Shown: positions 53,623 to 63,900 of the stretch, piece by piece
Position numbering within the stretch: the stretch's first letter is position 1
How the letters are laid out: each line of letters begins with the position of its first letter
Virus record (IMG/VR): IMGVR_UViG_3300036853_000446
Coordinates: 343,635 to 407,634 of that record
DNA: 64,000 bases
Direction: 5' to 3' (one strand)
Position numbers and translations under genes: made by a program
The notes under the pieces: generated by a model
Databases searched by the model: none
Seen by the model: only the letters and a program-made list of their open reading frames with translations
What the model was told of the DNA's origin: nothing

Positions 53623-56316
53623 TTAGGTAATCTCACCCATCCCGACCTGCGGGCTCGATGAGAGCGGATTGCCCTTGAGCCGATAGACGCTAGCCGACGT
53701 AAAGTTCAGCGACAGATCCGGGTCAAACCCGACGAAGTTCTCAGCATCGAACTCAGACCACCTGGAAAGAAGCACGGCCACGAGTGTTCCCTTGGGCCCT
53801 ATCGGGCCGTCTTCTGCTAGCTCGGCGATCATGGGCAACACGTTCTTGTGTCGTTTGCCGTCCGAAAGAGGCTGGGCGAAGGCGCTCGGAATGTAGAACC
53901 TCAGTGCTTCGTCCCCTCGACTGCGCTCTACCTGATTGAAGAAGGTGCGCCCTTCGGCATCGATGTCTCCGCCGCCGCGAATAAAGGTCAGCAATTCCGG
54001 GCTCGGGACCCCAGGGATCAACGTCGCGAGCTGTAGGAACCCACTCTGAGCGTTGAAATCCGCGATACTGACGAGACCACTGCCATCGAGTTCGTGGTCA
54101 CCAGAGAAGGACCCTGCGGACGAAGGGTAAACTCCAGGACTCTGAACGTACTGCTGGGGAAACGGATACGCCTCGTCGAGGGAGCCAGAGCCCGTGACGA
54201 GCGTGTACATGAAGGGAGCGATGTAGCGCGGAATCACCCTCAAGAACGTTCCGAGCAGTTCGGTCCTCAGCGTCTGCGGAGCGCGCGTTTCGTACCAAAT
54301 GGTCATTTGGACGGCGTTGTTCGGGATGGGACGAATGGCCTGATAGTCGACGTTGATGATATCGCCAAAACTCGGGGCGCCGTTCGGGTTCCACGCCGAA
54401 GCCTCGCTGCTGACGAAAAGAAAGTGCCCGTCATTCGAAACAACCACGGATCCCTCGTACGTGCTGCTCGTGGTGACGTTCGTTACGACTCCTACTTGCA
54501 CCACGCGGTCTGGAACGTATAACGGGAACGTGTCCGGCAGAGCGTCGGGGAATGCGAAGCTGACCCGCTGACTAAAGGTCAGGGTCGATGTCGAATAGCC
54601 GAGGAAAACCTCCCTGTGTGGCGCGTCTGCGGCCGTAGCTATCGATCCGAACGAGTACGGCGCGGTCTCAGGCAACTGCGCGGGATTCTCGAGAACACAG
54701 GCGATCTGGTCACTGGTCGGCGTCTTGCTGAGGCCCCCCGCCGTTACCTCCGAACCACCCGGATATGAGACGAGCAACGTGACATAAACGTCGCTCGTCG
54801 ACGGAGCGGCGAACCCGAACCCGAACGAGATTGGACCCGTTGTTCCGAGGCCAGAAATGTGCGTGAACTCGGTGCTACTACCGTTATAGGCGCCAGTTGC
54901 AGCGTCGTCGATAAATCCGTGATAGCTCGTCGCCGCGGTCGTGTCGGCGCCAACCCAATACAAGACGTCCAAGATGACGACGTTGGTGGGAGCCGCGTTG
55001 ACGAAGTTGGCATTGCCATGCGGATGAATGCGAAACGGGTCCGTCGAACCAGTCGGGTCGATCGTGAGAACTGAGCCGTTGTCCCAAACCTCTGCGCCTC
55101 CATCCTGGTCGGTCGGCACAAACCGCACGACCACCGTCTCGAGGATGGGCCGATCGCTGAACCGCCGACAGACTCCATCAAAACCAGCGCGAATTTGCTG
55201 AGCACCGGGGTTGTCCGTGGGCCCGATTTCGTCGGCCCAAATGTTGGTGTGACCTTTGGAGCCGCCCCCGAGAGGCGTCGTTGCGATCTCGGTCCGGAGG
55301 GCATTGTCGAGAATCAGATTGACGTTCTTCTGCAACAACTCCTGGAGGTCCCAGCCCGTCGTGCTGATGCTCGTTCGGAGGTCAATGACGTCGCGTTCGA
55401 CGATGATGTTGGCTGGCAAGCCGTCAGGACGACCTGACCCGCCGTTATGGTTCGTGTCCCGGGCGAAGGGGGCCGTGTTACGCCGAAACACCGCAAGAAG
55501 TGGCAGAGCATAGATAAAGCCGTCGACCGAGCCAATCTCGTTCGCGGGGTTACCGTCGCCCGCGCGCCAGAGGCCACCGTCTCCGGCGCTCGATCGAGAT
55601 GTGTAATTGAAGACCGTCGCTGTACCATTGGCATCCTCCGGGCTCGCGGGCACCGAGAATGCCACCGCCAGGGGGTCGGCAATTCCAGAGGGGTATAGAT
55701 CGAGGTCGATCCCGTTGATGACTCTCAAGCGATACTGAATCTGGACGCGCTTCGTGGTTTCGGCGCCTACGTTGGCGTCGATGATATCGTCTGCGTAGTT
55801 GAGGTTGAGATCGTCAGAGCCGTCGATCTTGACGTTGCCATTACGCCAGATGCGGCCCGTCGGAGACTTGCCGTCCGTGGACGGTGAAGCCGAAAGCAGG
55901 CGTCGCCATACCTCCAGAATCACGAGATCGGTGCGCAAAGCACCAACTCCTTCGGGAGGGGCGCCCAAATCCAAGCGGTTGAGACTCAGGCCGCCCGTTG
56001 ACCCAATGCCGGTAACAACGGGAATGAGCCAACCGTTCACCAAGGCGTTCATGCCGGGCACGGTGATCTCGTTGCTGGTCGGACTGAAGATGAAGATTCC
56101 GCTCGAATGACTCGACGTATCGAACACGTCACTTCCGAGCCACCCCGAATGCGCGAGCTGCAGAAAGCTCCGGTTACGCGCCTGGATGACGTCCTGAGTT
56201 TGGTTCAGCTCGGAATCGAGGACGGGCTTGCTGGATTGGTAGACCGTCGATTCGAAGTTACGTCCTTCAACATCGAGATAGGCCGATACCCCAGCGCCAA
56301 AGCTCTTGGTCGTCAT
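53623..56316 (-). CDS. virion structural protein (baseplate/tail; DUF6519-like N-terminus)
   Basis: VYQSSKPVLDSELN; shares LEVW, TT.RVQIQYR.RV and GLWRAGDG blocks with 44966..49081. Confidence 0.65.
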   Translation of the reverse strand: MTTKSFGAGVSAYLDVEGRNFESTVYQSSKPVLDSELNQTQDVIQARNRSFLQLAHSGWLGSDVFDTSSHSSGIFIFSPTSNEITVPGMNALVNGWLIPVVTGIGSTGGLSLNRLDLGAPPEGVGALRTDLVILEVWRRLLSASPSTDGKSPTGRIWRNGNVKIDGSDDLNLNYADDIIDANVGAETTKRVQIQYRLRVINGIDLDLYPSGIADPLAVAFSVPASPEDANGTATVFNYTSRSSAGDGGLWRAGDGNPANEIGSVDGFIYALPLLAVFRRNTAPFARDTNHNGGSGRPDGLPANIIVERDVIDLRTSISTTGWDLQELLQKNVNLILDNALRTEIATTPLGGGSKGHTNIWADEIGPTDNPGAQQIRAGFDGVCRRFSDRPILETVVVRFVPTDQDGGAEVWDNGSVLTIDPTGSTDPFRIHPHGNANFVNAAPTNVVILDVLYWVGADTTAATSYHGFIDDAATGAYNGSSTEFTHISGLGTTGPISFGFGFAAPSTSDVYVTLLVSYPGGSEVTAGGLSKTPTSDQIACVLENPAQLPETAPYSFGSIATAADAPHREVFLGYSTSTLTFSQRVSFAFPDALPDTFPLYVPDRVVQVGVVTNVTTSSTYEGSVVVSNDGHFLFVSSEASAWNPNGAPSFGDIINVDYQAIRPIPNNAVQMTIWYETRAPQTLRTELLGTFLRVIPRYIAPFMYTLVTGSGSLDEAYPFPQQYVQSPGVYPSSAGSFSGDHELDGSGLVSIADFNAQSGFLQLATLIPGVPSPELLTFIRGGGDIDAEGRTFFNQVERSRGDEALRFYIPSAFAQPLSDGKRHKNVLPMIAELAEDGPIGPKGTLVAVLLSRWSEFDAENFVGFDPDLSLNFTSASVYRLKGNPLSSSPQVGMGEIT

Positions 56317-56353
56317 GCCAGGTCGCCCTCATTCCCCGTGAAGATCACGTACT

Positions 56354-56992
56354 TCACGTCGTGATCCGCCAAGTCACGGTAAAGGTCGACGTTGTGGGTT
56401 TCGAAATTACGTTGTAGGAGAGGTAATTCAAAAGCGTCTCTCGCGTCGTGAGGTCGACCGTGGGGTCATATGGCCCGTTGGGCGGCGTCACCGGGTTCTT
56501 GATCGACATGTTCGAGCTGATGTTCCCGCCGATGATCCCCATCTCGACGAGTGGCCCCACGGCTTCCGATTCCGAGAACGTCGTCGTGAAGTCGACTACG
56601 TTCGTTGGGTAGTCTACCGGTACCCCGGTCGAGTCGATGAATTGCTTGGACGCAAACGTTTTTCGCGAGATCTCGGCATAGAGCGCTCGCTGAGTGTTCG
56701 TTGCCGGGGGCGGGGACAGGGGGTTCCAGCCGCTATCGCCCGAACCAACAGCGAGCACGAATCCGCCGAACGGCACCTCCAGGCTGTCACGGAGGAGGCG
56801 GGCCACCAACACGCTGGCATCCATCGTGATGACGTTTTTCTTCTCCCATGAATGCTCGAGCGCACCCGTTCGTGCGTTTCGAAGCTCCATGAAGACGTCG
56901 CCTCGAGGACCTCGGACTTTCTCTTCGTATCGGCCCGACAAGGTCGCACTGAAAGCGCTGCTTGCATTCCGAACGGCATCAACAATCTTCAT
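56354..56992 (-). CDS. baseplate/tail-associated structural protein
   Basis: KNVIT...LAVGSG...ALYAEISRK...VDFTTTF...EMGI pattern typical of phage tail-region proteins. Confidence 0.6.
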   Translation of the reverse strand: MKIVDAVRNASSAFSATLSGRYEEKVRGPRGDVFMELRNARTGALEHSWEKKNVITMDASVLVARLLRDSLEVPFGGFVLAVGSGDSGWNPLSPPPATNTQRALYAEISRKTFASKQFIDSTGVPVDYPTNVVDFTTTFSESEAVGPLVEMGIIGGNISSNMSIKNPVTPPNGPYDPTVDLTTRETLLNYLSYNVISKPTTSTFTVTWRITT

Positions 56993-57057
56993 TTTTACAT
57001 CTCACTCGACGAGCACGAGGCTCCTCACGGAGATGCGGGGCTATAAGCAAAAAAGCG

Positions 57058-58623
57058 TCAGGCGATGGCAAAGGGACCGACGGTCGGTCCGGCGCCGATC
57101 GGCGCCTGATTATCCGCTGTCCTGAACGCTCCTAGCGCGGCATCAATGCCGGGAAAGGTTCCCCAACGGCCGTCGTTCAGGAACGCGGCCCGCGTGATGT
57201 CGATCGGCTCGACCAGGAGTCCTTCCGGGGTGCCATCTTCCGGCGCCAGGACGCCGTCTTCACGCTGGTCGGCAAGACTAGAGATGGCTTGGCCACGGCG
57301 ATGCGCAGTCGCCCACAGAATGCTTCTCATGCGCTGAGCGACGCCGGGCGTCGCAGAAGCCGGGTTGATTATGTCCGTCCACTCATCGATTTGATCGACA
57401 ATGGTCGTGAGCGTGCCCGCTTCGGCGCGAGCTGCTGGACCGAATAGCTCGGACTCAAACTCGGCCGACACCACGTACTGATGGTGGTTGGTTCTGACGA
57501 GAGAGCGATTGCGCCACCGATTTAAGGGCTCTCCGATCACGTGTGCGACGAGTGTGCCCGGCGCAAAGGACTGGGCGTCGAGGAGGCCAAGTGTGACCGT
57601 GACGAGCCCGCGTGTCGGCGGGCCTGGGGAGGCGCCAATCAGATCGCTCGCTCCAGCCGCAGCCGGGAATGTAAACAGCGGAATCCCGGCCGCGCCAAGG
57701 TCGCTCGGAATCGAGTAAACGTCATAAGCCCTCGTGCAAACGCGGACACTGTCGATTTCGATAACGGAGTTTGCAGCGTTTGCGCCGAAAGCCGGCGAAA
57801 AGAAGATCTGACCGTCAGGAGCGCCAAGGAGTCCTCCTTTTGCCTCCCCTGAAAAGCTCCCGAATCTCAAGCGAAAGGGTCGCGGGATGGCCTCTTTCCA
57901 TTGAAGAAGGACACCTTCAGGCCGAATGGTGCGCCCCGCTTGACTACGAACGAGCACGCCGACCTGGAGGCTGTAGTACGCGAGAGGTATCAAATCCTCA
58001 GCGAGGATGAGCTGACCGCGGGTGTCGTCAGGCCCAGTCTGCTCGACTCTCTGGATGTTGGAAGCCAAACCATCGAGCCTGCTCAGCTGATAGTTTAAAG
58101 GATCGACGAAAGCGTCGTCGATCTGCATGGCCTCGCTGAACCGCAGCTGCACCTTGCGCCGGCTCTGAATTGCGGCAGCAAATGACGCCCGAGCCGGATC
58201 GCCATCGAACGTCGCCTCCGCATGCGCGGGATCAAGAAAGTCCGCACCTATCGCCTGGATGCGCCCCGATGTCGCGTTCACCACGACGACGTAGGGAATT
58301 TGGTCCTGCCTCGAGGTGCGCAGGATGACGGCGGTATTTCCAGAAGGATCGACGTCAGAGACGGTCAGACCAGCAATCGTGTAGTTGACCGGATTGAAAT
58401 TCGCAGCGTGAGTCAGGTCGAGAGTCGCCGTAAAGTCGACTCTTACAAGCACCTCCGACAGGGAAGTTGCAGTCGAAACCTCAAACAGCACGTCGCCCAG
58501 CTGTGGCCCCGTGCCAAATCTAAAGCTCCCGAAGCCTCCTGTCATGAGTTTGTCTTCTCTGAGCTGGTTATCCGCGGCCGCATCCGCCCAAAGAGTCTCA
58601 ATAGGAAGATCCTGACCCGCCAT
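57058..58623 (-). CDS. virion structural protein with Ig-like repeats
   Basis: Repeated VRVDF/VQLRFSE...NPVNY/DPLNY modules. Confidence 0.55.
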   Translation of the reverse strand: MAGQDLPIETLWADAAADNQLREDKLMTGGFGSFRFGTGPQLGDVLFEVSTATSLSEVLVRVDFTATLDLTHAANFNPVNYTIAGLTVSDVDPSGNTAVILRTSRQDQIPYVVVVNATSGRIQAIGADFLDPAHAEATFDGDPARASFAAAIQSRRKVQLRFSEAMQIDDAFVDPLNYQLSRLDGLASNIQRVEQTGPDDTRGQLILAEDLIPLAYYSLQVGVLVRSQAGRTIRPEGVLLQWKEAIPRPFRLRFGSFSGEAKGGLLGAPDGQIFFSPAFGANAANSVIEIDSVRVCTRAYDVYSIPSDLGAAGIPLFTFPAAAGASDLIGASPGPPTRGLVTVTLGLLDAQSFAPGTLVAHVIGEPLNRWRNRSLVRTNHHQYVVSAEFESELFGPAARAEAGTLTTIVDQIDEWTDIINPASATPGVAQRMRSILWATAHRRGQAISSLADQREDGVLAPEDGTPEGLLVEPIDITRAAFLNDGRWGTFPGIDAALGAFRTADNQAPIGAGPTVGPFAIA

Positions 58624-58715
58624 TCATGCGGGTACATTGAGGGATGGGGATGATGACCGCGACGACGTGACGGCCTGGTCGGTCCGGTAGGCCGCGGTAA
58701 GGTTACGCTTGGCGG

Positions 58716-59009
58716 CTAGAGTTGCTGGTAGGTGGGCACGAGGGCCGCCAACGCGACATTGAGAACATCGAGAGCTTCCTTCGTGGACAGAAAGGCGGCG
58801 TTCGCCGCTGCCCACCCGACGGTCTCGTGCGCGGTGGAGATTGCGTCGTCCAGCGCAATATTTGCCGCATCAACCGCCGTCTGCTCAGCCATGACCAACG
58901 CCGCAGTCTCGACGTTTTTGTTCACGAAGGCGTCGAGGGCGGCGTCAAACGCGACTTTTGCCGCGACGACTTCGGTTGCCATGACGCCGAGTTCTTGTGC
59001 TGTAGCCAT
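58716..59009 (-). CDS. Ala-rich coiled-coil small protein
   Basis: GGAG SD; helical composition. Confidence 0.55.
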   Translation of the reverse strand: MATAQELGVMATEVVAAKVAFDAALDAFVNKNVETAALVMAEQTAVDAANIALDDAISTAHETVGWAAANAAFLSTKEALDVLNVALAALVPTYQQL

Positions 59010-59049
59010 TTGGTCTCCCACTCCTTGATTGTGTTAGGGACTGAACGTC

Positions 59050-60879
59050 TCAGGGCATCATGGTCAGCATCACAGAAGCGTCTGCGCCGTTGCCGCCCGC
59101 GCCACTATTGCCTATCAAGCTGGGATGCGCGTAGGGCCCTCCGCCTCCGCCTCCGCCTCCGGGGAAACCGCCGTTGCCGCCGTTGCCGGCTGCCACACCC
59201 GCCACCAGAGACGACGCCCCACCACCACCGCCAGCCCCGGCGTGGTCTGCGTTACCGGCCATACCAGCGACACCCGAGCCTCCGCCACCGGTACCGCCGC
59301 CTGCGCCGCCCGCCGACCCGGCTACAGACCCACCTGCGCTCGCGGCATAGTTCACGCCGGCATCGGAATAGCCGCCAGCACCGCCGCCGCCACCGCCACG
59401 AGTTGCATCCCCGCCGGGTAAGCATCCAACGTGCTGGAGGCCTGCGGGAGTACTCGCGCCAGCACCGCCACCACTTTCTGCCTTCCCGGCCGCCGTTATC
59501 GCGATGCTGCTATTTGAAGTCCCGCTAGTGGCTCCACCGGTGCCTGTGCAATTGACCCCGGCGCCGAGAGTGCCGAACCCGCCCGGTGCGCCCCCCAACT
59601 GTCCGACGTTGGATGTCGTTCCGCCAGAACCAGCCCCGAGAGACCCGCCGCCTCCGCCGCCGGCAGCGGTAGGATTGCCGGCACACCCACCACCGCCGGA
59701 AAACGCTGTGTAGGCCCCGAAGGTTGCCGACCCGCCCGCGTTACCGGCCAGGGGCTGGCTGTTGGATGCAGTGATGGCCGCGTGCCCAGTTGGCCCGAGC
59801 GCACACGTGATGGCTATTGGCAACATCGCGACCAGGTCAGCTCGTGATAAGACCAGCTCCAGCCGACACCCGCCACCGCCGCCAGCGCCGCCAATACCGG
59901 CGTTAGCACCTACCAGCCGAGCACCACACGGACCCGAGCCACCGGTACCGACGAGCACGACCAGACCCCAATCTCCAGCACCCAGGTCCGCCGCCGTCGC
60001 AATGGTGGTCGCAGCCTCGACCGTTACCCCTGCAAACGTCGTCCCGATCTTCGCCGACGCCGCGTTGACGAATACCCTGCGTGAGAGATACCCCGGCGCC
60101 GATCCGGTCGCGCCCACGGGACCTGCTGATCCAGTTGCGCCTATAGGTCCCGTCGATCCAGCGATGCCGGTTGATCCCGTTGCGCCTATAAGTCCCGCTT
60201 CACCGATAGGTCCCGTTTCACCGGTAGGTCCCGTCGGTCCAGCAATGCCGGCAGATCCCGTTGCGCCCGTCGCACCTGTCGCTCCGACGGCGCCGTCCGC
60301 ACCTGTCGCGCCGTCGACACCATTTGCCCCGTCCGCACCTGTCGCCCCGTCCGCCCCTGTCGGCCCCGGTTCTCCGCCGACTCCGACCTCGACCGCAAGA
60401 TACAGCTCGTGCTGAGAGCGCCACCATCCCGCATAGGGGAGTGTATCGAGGGCGACGTCGTCGAAATCGACCGCGTTGTTTTGCGATAGCTCGATCTGGT
60501 CAGCACCTTCGTTAACCCACGACGCCTCTTTACTCCCCAACTCGTTGAGCGCGGGAATGAGAAGCCGCTTGTTCGGAGTCCGGATCCCAAAGATACGGCG
60601 CTCGATCGACAGACCGTCCGCTAGCAGTTCGACGAGGTAAGATCCGTAGCAGCCAGGCGACGGCGAAAAAGTCCAGACGTCGGGATCGCCCGTGGCGCTG
60701 AGCGATGCCCTCGCCGTCGTGTCGCCCGGTGGTCCCCACAGCAGACGGAACTCGGTGACGCCCTCGCTGCCGACATTTGTCAGCGTGACGACAGCGCCCG
60801 TGTCTAGCCCGTCGGTGCGCGAGACCCCAGGAGTCCCGTCAGAGAGCCCGACTTGATCGATCCGTATTTGCGCTGCCAT
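59050..60879 (-). CDS. collagen-like and glycine-rich tail fibre protein
   Basis: Long GxY run ([10 protein letters not shown]...) followed by a Gly-rich domain. Confidence 0.75.
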   Translation of the reverse strand: MAAQIRIDQVGLSDGTPGVSRTDGLDTGAVVTLTNVGSEGVTEFRLLWGPPGDTTARASLSATGDPDVWTFSPSPGCYGSYLVELLADGLSIERRIFGIRTPNKRLLIPALNELGSKEASWVNEGADQIELSQNNAVDFDDVALDTLPYAGWWRSQHELYLAVEVGVGGEPGPTGADGATGADGANGVDGATGADGAVGATGATGATGSAGIAGPTGPTGETGPIGEAGLIGATGSTGIAGSTGPIGATGSAGPVGATGSAPGYLSRRVFVNAASAKIGTTFAGVTVEAATTIATAADLGAGDWGLVVLVGTGGSGPCGARLVGANAGIGGAGGGGGCRLELVLSRADLVAMLPIAITCALGPTGHAAITASNSQPLAGNAGGSATFGAYTAFSGGGGCAGNPTAAGGGGGGSLGAGSGGTTSNVGQLGGAPGGFGTLGAGVNCTGTGGATSGTSNSSIAITAAGKAESGGGAGASTPAGLQHVGCLPGGDATRGGGGGGAGGYSDAGVNYAASAGGSVAGSAGGAGGGTGGGGSGVAGMAGNADHAGAGGGGGASSLVAGVAAGNGGNGGFPGGGGGGGGPYAHPSLIGNSGAGGNGADASVMLTMMP

Positions 60880-60894
60880 CCCCTAAGGGCTGGC

Positions 60895-60904
60895 AACAAA
60901 AGGA
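60895..60904 (-). promoter_or_regulatory. TCCTTTTGTT variant, 15 nt before the collagen-fibre start
   Basis: Intergenic; matches the motif above. Confidence 0.35.
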
Positions 60905-60905
60905 A

Positions 60906-63900
60906 TCACTCAGCGTCGTCGATGTAGACCTCGACGACGCCACCCCCGGGATCTCGCACGATGCGGTAGTCGTGATAATCGCCATCGAGGTAATCGACGG
61001 TCGCCCGGCCCATCACGGCACCGTTGTTGAGGTCAAAGACTTCGACGAAACGTTCACCCGACGGATGCGTCACGAAGCCAATGCCCAGAGTCATGCCGGG
61101 CGCCGAGAGACCGAACCGCACCTGAGAGTCCCCGATACCGAGGGTCGCGTCTTGGGCCAGACGGATTCGGAATGCCGCCGTTGTCACGTGGCTTGGGGCA
61201 TCAGGCAGCGGGGTGTTGTTGAGGTAGGCCGTTTTGGTCCCTGAATCGCCCGTTCCGTACGTCAGAACGCCGCTCGAGACGCCCATCGAGACCTGGCCAG
61301 GGTCGTCGCTGTTGAGGATCCACGGCGTAGGCGAATCCGCATTCTCCGGCAGCGCGTCCGCTTCGTAATTCAGACAGACCTCGTTCTGATAGTTGACTCC
61401 GCCATAGGAAGGATTCGGAGAATCGCCCATCGGCGCGAGAAGGCCTTCCTCGCCAGTCGCCGTCTCGACGAGCTGCAGACTCGTGTAAAGGACGTCTTCC
61501 GGCACGGTGAAGGCGTACCGGGTCTCGCCATCGTTGACGCTGAACGTCCCGGGATCGCTCAAAACCCCACCGGGATCGCTCATCGATCCGACGGGAGTCT
61601 GCGTGACGAAGGGCCTGCGGGTCTCAAATGTCTGGGTCGAGGGCACCGCTGGCGTCCCCTGATTCAACCGCGTAAAGGCCGGGACATCGCCTCGTGAAAG
61701 GAAATCGGGATCAGCCTGAGACGTCGTGCCCGTCGAGCTGCTTCGGAAATTCGTGAGGGGCACCGCCGCGGTGAGGCGTTCGGGACTCTCCATCACGTTC
61801 CACTGGTTCAAGACCTGATGTGGCGGCACCGCATTCAAATCCGTGGCGTTGCGCGTGAGCCCGTATCGAACGAAATCCCATTGAGACTGTTCGAGATGTT
61901 CAGGATTGAACGAGCCGAACGCAATCGCCGGTAGGCCGTGACTCAAGGTCTGAACAACGCCCGCCCCACTCACCGGCAACGAAATCGAATCGTAATCCAC
62001 TCGAATCAAGGGCAACACGCTCTCGTCGAGAAACACCGAGACAGAGCCCGTCGAATCTCTAGCGAGTCGATACTTGTGAGGCACGCTCCAATCCGTCTCC
62101 TGCACGATCCGGTAAGCGACGATGGACGGTTGCGCTGGCCACGAGCTGGTCAAAGTCAGCTTTTGAAGATTGACGCAGGTGGCGACCTCGCAAACGCCCT
62201 TGTTCAAGCCGTCGTCCACGACAATCGAATCTCCCGACTGAATGTTGGCCGCCACGAAGTCCGCGAGAGGGTCCTCGAGCGCGTTGCCCACGACCGTCGC
62301 CGTACCGGACGTCTTGAGGGGCAGATGATATCCGGTCAACGAGTCTCGGTCGGTCCCCTTCCAGAGGCCCATGTAGCGGCGCGGCGACGTCTCGACTCGC
62401 CAGGCGTTGCAGTACGACCAGTCGACGACAGACCGGGCCTCATCGCTCGCTGGGGTCGAGCTGCCAAAGCTGAGCATACCAGTGTCCGGTGCCGGTGCGC
62501 CAAAACCGTTATAGGCGAAGCTGATAAGGAAGGCGCCGTCGGCAAAAACCGTCACGAGATTACCCGCCGTGCTCTTTCGAACCCGATAGGTATGTGGGGC
62601 CCCGTCGTTCCAATTGAATGGGAAACGGGCGGAGACGCCAAGCTCGACGCCGTCAGAATGGAAGGCAACATACCGGACCCCTGCGATCTCGACCAGCATG
62701 ATGCCGATCGCGCGCACGCCGTCGAACACTTGAGCAAACGCGCCGGCAAACCCGGAGCTGTCGGCATCATAGGAGATGACCTCGAGGCGCGTTTCGAAGA
62801 AATAGTCGAAGGTCGAGTCGATAACTCGAAAGGCACTCTCTGAAGGAACGTCGTCCTCGATGAAATAAACGCGGCCGTCAGTCGTGCTCGTGTCCGTGAT
62901 GCGCAAGAGCCGCCCCCGCATCGCCACGGACTGATTGCCAAGGCTTGCTCCCCTCCGTGCCTCGTTGCCCGTCGACCAGACGAAGGGGGCAAACTCGTCC
63001 GGCAGGGACCGTCCGCCGTAAGACAGCCTCGGACAACTCTCAGACGGGAAGAAACACAGCTGCATGAGGCGTGTCCCGTCGTCCACGGCGACCATCAGAC
63101 CGTCGGGGTCGACGCCGTGAGTCTGGGTCAACATCTGGAGGCCCACGTCCACGACGACTTGCGATGACGCTGCGAGGAGGGGCTCGATCTTCACGTAACC
63201 GTGAAAATCACCCCCGATGAGGCCCGCGCTCGCGCTCGTCGCAACGTCCGTAGCGCTCGTCGAATCGAGGATCAAAACGCCCAAAGAGATCCGTGCTGTC
63301 CCGTGAAAGCCAATCGGCGTCCAAGGGGAAGCATCGGCTTCAGGCAATACGTCGCCCTCGTACGACACGAAGCTCGAGGGGCTCGTCTGGAAGGCATTGA
63401 TCGGCTGGCTCAAATAGCGATAGAAATCCCACGTTGACGTCGACATCGCTGGGCGCGAGAGACTGCCAAAGAACACGCCCTGGATTTCATCGAAGGGGGC
63501 ATTCAACTCCTCGAGGAACGGCGCCTCATCGGCCGTCATTCGCAATGTCCCGACGATGGAGCCATCGACGTAGAGTCGGACCACTCCTTCACGGTCGGTA
63601 AACAACCGATAGCTGCGTTGCACGGACCAGTCGAGAGGAACCGGGGCCCCTGTCGCCACCCCGTTCGAGTCGAGCCCGCCCGTCCACGCATCTGCAACGG
63701 CGACGCTGTCTCGAGCCCCCCGCTTCAAGAGACCGATCTTGCGGACCCCGCCGTCATCGAGATAGCCAATGACATAGGCGACGTGTTCGTTGGCGTACCC
63801 CGCGACAATTCCCGTCCACACCCCCTCGCTCGCGGTCACCGCATCGAGCGAGAAACGCCAGGCGGCCGAGAAAACATGATCGAAGCTCAGGTCAATCGCC

